In this document: one piece after another, positions 16,426-25,173 of the stretch | How the letters are laid out: the number at the start of each line of letters is the position of its first letter | How positions within the stretch are numbered: position 1 is the first letter of the stretch | Source: Candidatus Shapirobacteria bacterium CG_4_10_14_0_8_um_filter_39_15 | Lineage (GTDB): Bacteria > Patescibacteriota > Microgenomatia > UM-FILTER-39-15 | Assembly: GCA_002784465.1 (NCBI GenBank) | Contig: PFLE01000011.1 | Coordinates: 3,966 to 67,965 of the forward strand | Length of the DNA stretch: 64,000 nucleotides | Direction of reading: 5' to 3' | The notes under the pieces: model-generated | Told to the model about the DNA's origin: nothing | What the model saw: the letters and a program-made list of their open reading frames with translations, nothing else | Database searches by the model: none | Program-made: the position numbers and the translations under genes

Positions 16426-17270
16426 TAGGGTAATTGTCAATATTTAGCACCAAATTTGTTAATTAATAATTTTAATAATCTTTCTTTTTGTTTTGTTAAA
16501 TCGTCTTTTTTATGGTTATCTCTCCAAACATATTCTCCTAAGAAAAGTGGTAAGTAAATTCTTCTGACTCCACCCTTACTTGCCAGTTTTCTTTTGAGAA
16601 AACCCCAGAAGCCTTCCAAGCCATTGATGTGATTTTTGCCCCTGACATATTCTTTTTCCCGATGTTCAACTGTTCTATGAACATATCCCATTGCTGCCAA
16701 TCCGGTGTAACTTCTGTAGGTATCAGAACAGATGCGAGATCCGGTTCTAACCTTCTTCGTTATGATCGGTATTAGGTCTTTCGCTTCCGTATCAGAAACA
16801 ACTTTGGCAAACACTTTGCCATTTCGGCAAAGGATACCAAAGACAGGCTGTTTGGTGGTTCCAAAACCACTTTTACTTTCCTTTTGTTTTCTTTTGACCT
16901 CCAAGGTGAGTTTCATCTACTTCCACTGTTCCTGAAAACATTTTAGGGATGTCTTTTAACATGACCATTCTTAACAACCTTAATGCCTTGTTTATGGTTC
17001 CCATGCTTTTCCCTGTCTTTTCCTTTATGGTTGGACTATTTACCTCCAGTAAAAACAAATCAATAATCTTGATTCAGTCTTTTCTGGAAAGATTAAAACC
17101 AGAAATAAATTTAGGTTTTGAATCCTTTCTGCAAACCCGACAACGATATTCTCCACCGGTTAATTTCCAGTACTTTTTTCCTCCACAATTCTCACATTTG
17201 TATCTCATGTGCAAATTATATCGAAAAATCGAACCGTTTTCTTATTTTAAGGTGCTAGATTTTAGATATT
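16426..17270 (-). mobile_element. degenerate IS1595-family insertion sequence (~845 bp) with ~26-bp imperfect terminal inverted repeats
   Basis: IR-L is TAGGGTAATTGTCAATATTTAGCACC (16426-16451). IR-R is GGTGCTAGATTTTAGATATTACCCTA (17243-17268). The transposase is internal and fragmented. Confidence 0.6.
16437..17207 (-). pseudogene. IS1595-family (ISXO2-like DDE) transposase split into three frames
   Basis: Zn-ribbon piece MRYKCENCGGKKYWKLTGGEYRCRVC (17207-17070, then stop). Next piece ...GTVEVDETHLGGQKKTKGK (17058..16873). C-terminal DDE piece ...HINGLEGFWGFLKRKL...LFLGEYVWRDNHK (16916..16437). Confidence 0.7.
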
Positions 17271-17361
17271 ACCCTACTATACGTAGTCTTTCCAGTTAAG
17301 ACGTAAAGCGCCTAGGTCGAAGGCGTATGGATTAGACAAATTTATCCAAGAGGGGTGTAAA

Positions 17362-17607
17362 ATGGCAGGCCCGAGAGATACAGACAAGGACGACGACAGG
17401 AACGATGATCGGGACGACGACAAGGGTAATGACAAGGACGACAGTTGGCCTTCAGGCTACGATTATATCGACAGCTCTGGCAGCCTACATGACAACGCCC
17501 GTGAGACGATCGAAGCAAACCTAAGCAAAGAGGAAGCTTGGGGTACGGGTGCTCAGTGTAGTCAGGACGCAGACAACATCGATAGTTCTGACTCCAAGGA
17601 CGACTAG
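17362..17607 (+). CDS. highly acidic Asp-rich small protein (low complexity), locally GC-rich
   Basis: 81 aa, DKDDDRNDDRDDDKGNDKDD...; good RBS (AGAGGGGTG) before the ATG. GC is clearly above the flanks. Adjacent to the IS1595 remnant. Confidence 0.35.
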   Translation: MAGPRDTDKDDDRNDDRDDDKGNDKDDSWPSGYDYIDSSGSLHDNARETIEANLSKEEAWGTGAQCSQDADNIDSSDSKDD

Positions 17608-17815
17608 CAACCGCTGGGCCAACAACTGAATAAGTGATCTAAATTAAGAAAGGGTACTCCATAATGGAGATAAGGCGTAAGATCACTACGCTAGAACATC
17701 CGTTCTACCCTTTCTTTTCTCTTTAAAAAAAATTTAAATTAAAAATTGGTTAGGCTTCTTGACATAAACAGCCTTATATGAGATTATAAATTTGGCAAAA
17801 TGAATTACAAAAACG

Positions 17816-19090
17816 ATGAATCAGGACAATAATTTTCAGACAGTTTTTTGGCCGGTAAAAGGAGTAGAAACGGTTTTGGTGAGTTTGTGGGTTAGATCCG
17901 GAGGATGGTATGAAACAAAAGTCAAAAGAGGGATTTTCCACTTCTTAGAGCATGTTTTGGCACAAGGAACAAAGAGATATTCTTCATATTTGGAGCTTTC
18001 AAAAAAACTAGAAGAGCTGGGAATCAATCCGAAAAATTCTGTCGGTGGATATTTTTCAATATACAACTGGATAATTCCAAAGGAAACATTCTCCGATTCA
18101 CTGGCTCTTCTGGCTGAATATGTTTTCAACCCTCTATTACCAAAGGAAGCGATTGAAAGAGAAAGAAAAATTATTTTACTGGAGTATTTTGATTATTGGG
18201 ATAAACCGATTAACCATTTTAATCATTCGTTGGGCGAAAGTTTTTTTGGGAAAGGACATCCATACACTTTTGATGCTTTAGGGACAAAAGAGTCAATAGA
18301 AAATATTACCAAAGATGATTTGGTTGAAGCCCATAAGCAATATTATCAACTCAACAATATGATTTTGGGGGTAGTTGGTGATTTAGAAGAAAAGTTTGTA
18401 AATCAAGAGATTAACAAGAATTTTAAAAATCAAAGAAAGGGAGAAAAAATTGTTTTAACCGACGATGTTGTTTTGGATTTTACAAGGAAAATTGTTTTCA
18501 GTAAAAAAAATGCTGACCAAGTTGATTTTTCCCTTAATTTTCCTACGATTGGTTTTAAAGAAGAAGCTTTAAAGGAAAAATATTCACTGGCAATGTTGTC
18601 TTACCTTCTTGGTCGATCAAGGGTTTCCAGATTAAACTTGCGTATTCGGGAAAAAGAACCGCTTTCCTATTCGATTGGTTCATCAGTGAAACACTTTCCT
18701 CAAAAAGGAGTTTTTACCGTCGGGTTTTTATCCTCGATAGGAAATTCTCGCAGGGCAATCGAGATAATCAAAGAAGAAATAGAAACGATCAAAAGAAATG
18801 GTATTTCTGAAGAAGAATTTAGGGGTTGTCAAAAAAGTTTTATTTATCATGTTTCGTTAAGCTTTGATACTATTTATTCAATTGCGGACAATTTAATGGA
18901 CAATCTTGGTTGCAAAGGAAGAATCTTTTTGCCGGAAGAAAAAAAGAGGGCAATCGCAGAAGTTACTAAAGAGGATTTATCTGAAATGGCTAAAAGAGTT
19001 TTTGATTTTGACAAAGCAACTATTGGATTTATGGGGAACAAAGAGAATTTGGAAGAGATAAAAAGCACGGGTATTGATAGAATTATTTAA
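17816..19090 (+). CDS. M16-family (pitrilysin-like) zinc peptidase
   Basis: Inverted zinc motif HFLEH near the N-terminus. 424 aa, two-domain size. Confidence 0.7.
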   Translation: MNQDNNFQTVFWPVKGVETVLVSLWVRSGGWYETKVKRGIFHFLEHVLAQGTKRYSSYLELSKKLEELGINPKNSVGGYFSIYNWIIPKETFSDSLALLAEYVFNPLLPKEAIERERKIILLEYFDYWDKPINHFNHSLGESFFGKGHPYTFDALGTKESIENITKDDLVEAHKQYYQLNNMILGVVGDLEEKFVNQEINKNFKNQRKGEKIVLTDDVVLDFTRKIVFSKKNADQVDFSLNFPTIGFKEEALKEKYSLAMLSYLLGRSRVSRLNLRIREKEPLSYSIGSSVKHFPQKGVFTVGFLSSIGNSRRAIEIIKEEIETIKRNGISEEEFRGCQKSFIYHVSLSFDTIYSIADNLMDNLGCKGRIFLPEEKKRAIAEVTKEDLSEMAKRVFDFDKATIGFMGNKENLEEIKSTGIDRII

Positions 19091-19143
19091 CTTTTAACGA
19101 AGTTATTGATTTACTCAAAAAGAGACAGGATTATAATCAGATT

Positions 19144-19560
19144 ATGAATAATAAAATTTTAAAAGATGTTGTAAAAACAAAAGAAGGGGAGATAACCTTT
19201 ACCTGGTATTCCGGAAAAATTATTGAGGGATTAAAAGTTCATATGGTTTACGGTTTTTGCTTAAACAAGAAAGGAAAGATCGTTCTGGTGAGGGATAAAG
19301 ACGAGAAAAGATTTACTTTACCTGGAGGTAAAATAGAAAATAATGACAGTAAAATAACCGATCATCACCAACAAGTTAGATATCTTTGCTCGATTGAAAA
19401 CCCGGGAGATTTTATTCTCGAAAAAGATGGTTTTGAAACGGTAGAGAGAATTTTTATTGATCCTGCCAAACTTCCGGATTATATTGATTGGATAAATTAT
19501 CCGACCGGAAAAGTTCAATTTGAAGAATTTCTGGATAGAAATACAAAAATTATTTCTTGA
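19144..19560 (+). CDS. hypothetical protein, Nudix-fold-like but lacking the Nudix box
   Basis: KIVLVRDKDEKRFTLPGGKIE resembles the start of the Nudix fold, but there is no REx2EE motif. Confidence 0.3.
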   Translation: MNNKILKDVVKTKEGEITFTWYSGKIIEGLKVHMVYGFCLNKKGKIVLVRDKDEKRFTLPGGKIENNDSKITDHHQQVRYLCSIENPGDFILEKDGFETVERIFIDPAKLPDYIDWINYPTGKVQFEEFLDRNTKIIS

Positions 19561-19653
19561 TTAAAACTTTACGCGGTTCGGCTCCATGGCTCGGTCCAAT
19601 AACTCCTTCAGTTTTAAGATCTTCAATAATTTTTTGGCTATCATCCATGCTAT

Positions 19654-19944
19654 TTAAAAGGGAATGTTATCGGCTGTTTTTTCTACTTTAGGACTTTCCC
19701 CTGGTGTGACTGAAGATTTTACCGCAGCTTCGTCAGAAGTATCAAATTCCTTCTTGATTTCTACAAATTCGGTTTCCGCCTTCTTAAGTCTTTCTTTGCA
19801 TTGTTTGATCAACAACAATCCACGCCGAAATTTAGCTAATCCTTCGTCCAAATTAATGTCTTCGCTTTGAAACCAGCGATTAATTTCTTCAATTTCTGCT
19901 ATGGCTTTAGCAAAATCAAAATTTGGTATATCAGTCATACTCAA
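19654..19944 (-). CDS. xseB: exodeoxyribonuclease VII small subunit
   Basis: FDFAKAIAEIEEINRWFQSEDINLDEGLAKFRRGLLLIKQC is typical of XseB. Confidence 0.85.
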   Translation of the reverse strand: MSMTDIPNFDFAKAIAEIEEINRWFQSEDINLDEGLAKFRRGLLLIKQCKERLKKAETEFVEIKKEFDTSDEAAVKSSVTPGESPKVEKTADNIPF

Positions 19945-21278
19945 TTATTTATTTTATTGACTTTAGATTTAGCCGTTCCTTGATATAATTTTAGATTAAG
20001 GGTTTGTCCTATTGATAACTGCTTAGCACTTTTAATTATTTTACCACTTTCGTTGGCAACAATACTATAACCTTGTTTTAAACGTGCTTCGGGGTTTCCT
20101 AAAGCTAATTTTTGTTCTAACTCAGACAAAAAAGTAGCAATAAACTTGCTCCAACGAAAAGATTCTCTATTAAGAAATGCTTCTTGTCTCGAAATTTCAT
20201 TTTTAATATTCGAGAGCAAATTTTGAATCACCCCCCAATTAGTAAAAAATTTCGTTTGAATTTGTTTTATTTGCGAAATTAATGTCCGGATTTGGGATTC
20301 CAACAACCTCTGTAGATCGTTTAGTTTTATTTCTTTAATACTAATTATTTTTCTGGGCAAGGCCAGAAAATAAGCTTCATTCGTGGCAACTATTTTTTTA
20401 TAATTACTGTGACTATTCATAAAAAGTGAGGTGATATTCTTTTGAGCATTTGTAATTGTTAATTCAGCATTTCTCCAATGCTCAGAAATGATTCGTGCAG
20501 CATCAGTTGGGGTAGAAGCGGAATAATCAGCTGCCAGATCCGCAAGCGTTTCATCGTTCTCGTGCCCAATACCCGTAACGATAGGAATTCTTGAACCAAT
20601 AATGGTTTTAACCATGGACTCCGAATTAAATGCTTGCAAGCTTTCTAAGCTTCCACCACCTCGAGTAATAACTAAAACTTCCACTTCCGGCAAGTTTTCA
20701 TTTAAAAATCTGATCGCCTTAGTAATTTCGTCAACGGCCATTAATCCCTCTACTCGAACACTTATAAAATTGATCTTATATCCAAAAACACCAATATGAG
20801 TTAGAAAATCATTTTTGGCATCACCAAAACCAGAAGTAATTAAACCAATTTTCTGAGGATATGGTGGGATTGGTTTCTTTCTTTCCGCCTCAAAATATCC
20901 TTCAGTCAGTAGTTGTTTTCTAAGTTTTTCAAAGGCTAATTTTAGAGCCCCTTCGCCAATTAAACCAAGATTTTCTATTTCAAAAGTAAACCGGCCGTTG
21001 GGCTTATAGATTCTGGAAAATCCCTTGACTTGAATTTCTAATCCTTCTTTAAGCTCAATCCCAAGATTATTAAGGATTCTTTGCCAAATAAAACATTTTA
21101 AAACCGCTTTTTCGTTTTTATCAAGAATTGAAAAAAATACATATCCGTTCCCGGGACTTATTTGGCTGATTTCTCCTTGAACAACTACTTTTTGTGGAGC
21201 AATTAGTGAATTAATAAAATCAAGGTATTCCGAAACTGTATATATCTTTTCTTCTGTTTTTAAATCATTCGATTTCAT
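19941..21278 (-). CDS. xseA: exodeoxyribonuclease VII large subunit
   Basis: OB-fold N-terminus (YTVSEYLDFINSLI...VVVQGEIS) and 445 aa. Overlaps xseB by 4 nt. Confidence 0.85.
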   Translation of the reverse strand: MKSNDLKTEEKIYTVSEYLDFINSLIAPQKVVVQGEISQISPGNGYVFFSILDKNEKAVLKCFIWQRILNNLGIELKEGLEIQVKGFSRIYKPNGRFTFEIENLGLIGEGALKLAFEKLRKQLLTEGYFEAERKKPIPPYPQKIGLITSGFGDAKNDFLTHIGVFGYKINFISVRVEGLMAVDEITKAIRFLNENLPEVEVLVITRGGGSLESLQAFNSESMVKTIIGSRIPIVTGIGHENDETLADLAADYSASTPTDAARIISEHWRNAELTITNAQKNITSLFMNSHSNYKKIVATNEAYFLALPRKIISIKEIKLNDLQRLLESQIRTLISQIKQIQTKFFTNWGVIQNLLSNIKNEISRQEAFLNRESFRWSKFIATFLSELEQKLALGNPEARLKQGYSIVANESGKIIKSAKQLSIGQTLNLKLYQGTAKSKVNKINN

Positions 21279-21295
21279 AACTTTTTATTATATAC

Positions 21296-21673
21296 TTATT
21301 TCTTTTCTAGAAAACGGAGCAAACAATTTCGGACAGCATTTGTTATAAATGGTTTTCTTTCTCTTATGTCTTTTCCGATTTGTAAATTAATTGGATTACT
21401 ATTATTAATAATATATTCTCTAACATAATCTCCAAGATATAAACCTTTTCCCAATATCTTTTGGTGAAATTTTGGCAAAACAAAAGTATGAGAGGGAACA
21501 CTCACTCTTAGACTATCATTAACAATTGATGTCCAGCAAAAGATTTCAAAATTTCCTTCATTATTTTTTTCGTAACTTACCTCGATTCCAATACCAAAAT
21601 CGGATTTATCTGATTTTTCGAAAGCTTTTATTGCCCGGGTTAAAGAGCCGCTTTGGGTTTCTTGAGAAGTCAA
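21296..21673 (-). CDS. hypothetical protein
   Basis: 125-aa ORF with no recognisable motif. Confidence 0.3.
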   Translation of the reverse strand: MTSQETQSGSLTRAIKAFEKSDKSDFGIGIEVSYEKNNEGNFEIFCWTSIVNDSLRVSVPSHTFVLPKFHQKILGKGLYLGDYVREYIINNSNPINLQIGKDIRERKPFITNAVRNCLLRFLEKK

Positions 21674-22206
21674 AGGTTGCTCCGAAATCCCGCTTTCGAC
21701 TGGAAAGGCTCAATAACGGCATCAATTTTTTGTTCCAATGTTCCACCAAAAGCAATTTTATAAGTGTTCATGCTATGAAGTTTAATTCAGAAACTTGGAA
21801 AATGCAAAAATATTATAATAATCCCGGACGGGGACGAAGATCCTGCAGAAGGAAAAGCGACCAATAACCCCAACGATATGAATAATTACAAACCATTATT
21901 GGATCGGGAATAATAATTACCACAGTTAATGACTTTGGATCCATATTTTTCCTCCGATTTTCTTCCCGGTCTAAGCAGGTCTTCAATTTATTTTGATAAT
22001 CTTGATATCTATTTTCGGTGTAGACGCTGTAACTTTTCAACGCAATTAACAGCACACAGATAAGAAAAATTATTACAAATCTATACCTATAAACAAGTTT
22101 CATTTATTTAAGCCTAAGGTAAACAAAATAAAAAAGCAAACGGGGTGAAAATGCTTGCACTCAAAATTAGTCTTAGGCTAATTTTCAGGGCAAAAAATCC
22201 TTCCTT

Positions 22207-22240
22207 GTCATTCCGGGCGAAGACCCGAAATCCATACAAA
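22207..22240. repeat. hairpin-family element H4, degenerate (GTCATTCCGGGC-GAAGA-CCCGAAATCCATACAAA)
   Basis: Intergenic, between the NUDIX gene stop and the small ORF 21813..22103. Confidence 0.45.
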
Positions 22241-22248
22241 TAATCCTT

Positions 22249-22707
22249 TTATTTATTCATTCTTCCGACGTATTCACCCTGAGTTGGAAAACCTTTCTTA
22301 TAATCTTCAAAGAGTTTCTGTGATAGCGGGTGAGGAAAAAGATTTGCCGGTAAATTGTCGCTATCCAACCAAGTACACCAAACCGATCCATCGGAATGTT
22401 GCGGATCTAGAAGATGCTCTAATTCTTTAGATTTATCGATATCCCCTAAAATAAATAATTCGACACTGTGTTCGTTTTCTTCCGGTAAAATAAAAGCTCT
22501 GATATAGAGAACCTTTTTAAATTCGAATTTGGCTCCGTCACATTCTTCCGCTACTTCTCTAATGGATCCTTCCATAACCGTCTCCCCATATTCCAAATGT
22601 CCGCCGATGTAGTGATAATAATCGTGTTTTTGACGATACTGAACTAATACCTTGCCGTTTTTTATAACTACAATTCTTAACCTTACATTGATCTTGTGGT
22701 TTTCCAT
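22249..22707 (-). CDS. NUDIX hydrolase
   Basis: Complete Nudix box GGHLEYGETVMEGSIREVAEECDG. Confidence 0.8.
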   Translation of the reverse strand: MENHKINVRLRIVVIKNGKVLVQYRQKHDYYHYIGGHLEYGETVMEGSIREVAEECDGAKFEFKKVLYIRAFILPEENEHSVELFILGDIDKSKELEHLLDPQHSDGSVWCTWLDSDNLPANLFPHPLSQKLFEDYKKGFPTQGEYVGRMNK

Positions 22708-22783
22708 CTTTTTGAGTTTAAATCAAACCGGGTGAAAATGCTATAGTCCTGAGCGAGTGTGGCGAGTCGAAGGACAAAAAAAC

Positions 22784-23188
22784 TTAAATTATTTTTTGAA
22801 ATATTTCATTGGGAATAAGAATTCTAACGTTATCTCCCTCGTCTCGAACGAAAATAGTCCCGTATTTATCCTGAAAGGCAGTTTCGAGAATCGTGATAAT
22901 GCCTGGTCTGTTTTTTGTTTTTGGATCTAAATGCCCAATCATTTCTGCCATATATTCTCCAGTACCTCCACTTAAAATTAGAATTTCAACACCGGCTTTT
23001 AAAGCCACATTTTCCATTCTTAACATTAATTTATTTACCCTTAGGTTGTTGTAATGAAACAGCCTGTCTCGGTAAAGAAGAGAGAAAGGATAATATTGAG
23101 TTAACCAAGTCATAAATGAACAATTTAGGCTTTTCAGTTTCCAAAAGATTGAAAAAGAAGTTTGCGGTATGATCTTTTGATCTAACAT
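22784..23188 (-). CDS. hypothetical protein, possibly a remnant of a Rossmann-fold (LOG/DprA-like) gene
   Basis: Only the C-terminal ~80 aa (VEILILSGGTGEYMAEMIGHL...) look protein-like. The N-terminal half is low quality. Confidence 0.2.
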   Translation of the reverse strand: MLDQKIIPQTSFSIFWKLKSLNCSFMTWLTQYYPFSLLYRDRLFHYNNLRVNKLMLRMENVALKAGVEILILSGGTGEYMAEMIGHLDPKTKNRPGIITILETAFQDKYGTIFVRDEGDNVRILIPNEIFQKII

Positions 23189-23242
23189 AAGACTAAATGG
23201 AGTTTAAAGCAGTCGAAAGGAAAATGCAAAAAACATTCCCCT

Positions 23243-23255
23243 TCCGATGTGGAAA
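23243..23255. repeat. half-copy of the REP-A palindrome (TCCGATGTGGAAA)
   Basis: Matches the right arm of REP-A at 3941-3954. It lies in an accessory region. Confidence 0.4.
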
Positions 23256-23382
23256 TTACGAAACTTCCTCCCAATTTTCCTTCAAGTCAAATAATTAAAG
23301 TGTTTTCGGACATCGTAACTTGTAGTTTGATTTGGGATTATTTTCATCGTTTTTATTTCACCCGATAAAGCATCGCGGGCCC

Positions 23383-23628
23383 TCATAACACACTCCTCAT
23401 TATTCCAGGAGTTTTAGAAAACGGATATTTTTTATCGTTCATAAAATCGTTGTCCAATGTAACGAGTGAATAACCCTTGCTTTTACAGTAATCAAAATAA
23501 TACTGATCTCCCTTATTCCTTAAATTAAGATCGATTGCATTGAATAACCTTACATTTTCTTTTAGATTACTATTTCTTATAGAGTTAGCCACCTCTATAT
23601 GTTTTAAGTATATTTTTTGTCTTTTCAA
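23383..23628 (-). CDS. hypothetical protein, divergent from the LexA-MTase gene
   Basis: 81-aa ORF with no motif. Confidence 0.3.
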   Translation of the reverse strand: MKRQKIYLKHIEVANSIRNSNLKENVRLFNAIDLNLRNKGDQYYFDYCKSKGYSLVTLDNDFMNDKKYPFSKTPGIMRSVL

Positions 23629-23739
23629 GATTTTTGTTTAAATAAATTAATCTTTTCTCAACTTCCGGATATTTTATTTAAGTAATTTAACCCCTTGACA
23701 ACTTTCGTATTTCTTTCGTATAGTATATCTACAATTAAA

Positions 23740-25173
23740 ATGAAAATCAAGACCCTTACACCTAAACAAAAGAAAGTACTCGATTTTATAAACAAATTCA
23801 TCAAAAAGAACGGTTATTCTCCATCCTTGGAAGAAATGGCTAGTTACCTAAAATTGAATTCGGTCTCTACGGTTCATCAATTTATAGAAATCCTAAAAAA
23901 CAAGGGTTATATTAACAAGGAAGAAAATAAACCCCGATCAATTACCTCTGGATTTACCGAAATCCCCCTTTGTGGTTATATTGCAGCAGGCGAACCAATA
24001 GAGGCAATTTCTAATCCTCAACCGTTCAAGATTCCACAGGCTATCGTTAGTAAGACTGGCTTTTATTACGCTTTAAAAGTTAGAGGAAATAGTATGGTTG
24101 AAGACTGTATATATGATGGAGATACAATAATAATTAAACATCAAGATACCGCTGAAAATGGACAAAAAGTAGTGGCTCTAATTGACAATCTTGAAGTAAC
24201 TCTCAAAAAGATTTATAAAGAGAATGGGAAAATTAGATTACAACCGGCAAATCGAAACATGAATCCTCTCTTTGTCGATCCCTCAAGAGTAATTATTCAA
24301 GGAATAGTAATAGATATTCTTAAAAATAAGTCGATCGTTTCGGAGACGCCACTTATAGATCATACCGCACGACATATAAACACTAACCCCAAAGATCTAG
24401 GTGAATTATTGAATCAGGTAATAGAAGGTGACTGTCTTGAGGTGATGAACAGTATACCAAATAAATCCATCGATATGATATTATGTGATCTCCCTTATGG
24501 AAATACTCAAAACAACTGGGATAGTGTTATTCCGTTAGATAAACTTTGGTCGCACTATGAACGAGTTATTAAAAATAACGGCGTAATCGCTTTAACCTCT
24601 CAAGGATTATTTACTGCCAAATTAATTTTGAGTAATCCAAAACTGTTTAAATATAAAATCGTTTGGATTAAATCTAAATCTACCAACTTCTTAAATGCCA
24701 AAAAACAACCATTAAGACGACATGAAGATATTTGTATTTTCTACAAAAACCAACCGTCTTATAATCCTCAAATGTCACCCGGGGAACCTTATAATAAAGG
24801 TTTCAGAAAAAATCAACTTACGGGGAGTTATGGTGATTTTAATTCAGTCGAGGTTAAAAGTGACGGCTTACGTTATCCTACAGATGTCGTTTACTACAAA
24901 ACCGCAGAAAGCGAAGGAAAAGTATTTCACCCGACCCAAAAACCAGTAGAACTGGGAAGGTATTTGATTAAAACGTTCACAAAAACAGGCGATATTGTTT
25001 TAGACAATACTTGTGGCAGTGGTAGTTTCCTTGTTGCAGCAATCTTGGAAAAAAGACGGTTTATTGGGATCGAAAAAAATCAAGAAACATTCTTACATAA
25101 AAAACAGAGGGTTAACTATATCGAAATATGCAAAGAAAGAATAGAAAAAGCTAGAAAAGAACTAAAGAAATAA
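23740..25173 (+). CDS. fusion protein: LexA-like wHTH/S24 autopeptidase (N-terminal) plus beta-class DNA N6A/N4C methyltransferase (C-terminal)
   Basis: One uninterrupted ORF (track 23695..25173; ATG at 23740 preferred). Residues 1-200 are a paralogue of lexA: CGYIAAGEPIEA cleavage motif, GNSM Ser, TLKKIY Lys. Residues ~215-477 carry DLPYG (motif IV), then HPTQKPVEL, then NTCGSGSFLVAA (motif I), which is the PF01555-type order. Confidence 0.8.
   Translation: MKIKTLTPKQKKVLDFINKFIKKNGYSPSLEEMASYLKLNSVSTVHQFIEILKNKGYINKEENKPRSITSGFTEIPLCGYIAAGEPIEAISNPQPFKIPQAIVSKTGFYYALKVRGNSMVEDCIYDGDTIIIKHQDTAENGQKVVALIDNLEVTLKKIYKENGKIRLQPANRNMNPLFVDPSRVIIQGIVIDILKNKSIVSETPLIDHTARHINTNPKDLGELLNQVIEGDCLEVMNSIPNKSIDMILCDLPYGNTQNNWDSVIPLDKLWSHYERVIKNNGVIALTSQGLFTAKLILSNPKLFKYKIVWIKSKSTNFLNAKKQPLRRHEDICIFYKNQPSYNPQMSPGEPYNKGFRKNQLTGSYGDFNSVEVKSDGLRYPTDVVYYKTAESEGKVFHPTQKPVELGRYLIKTFTKTGDIVLDNTCGSGSFLVAAILEKRRFIGIEKNQETFLHKKQRVNYIEICKERIEKARKELKK

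Noticed and set aside
16949-17299. 116-aa plus-strand ORF overlapping the IS1595 remnant
   Set aside because: It is antisense to the fragmented transposase and has a low-complexity hydrophobic translation with no support.
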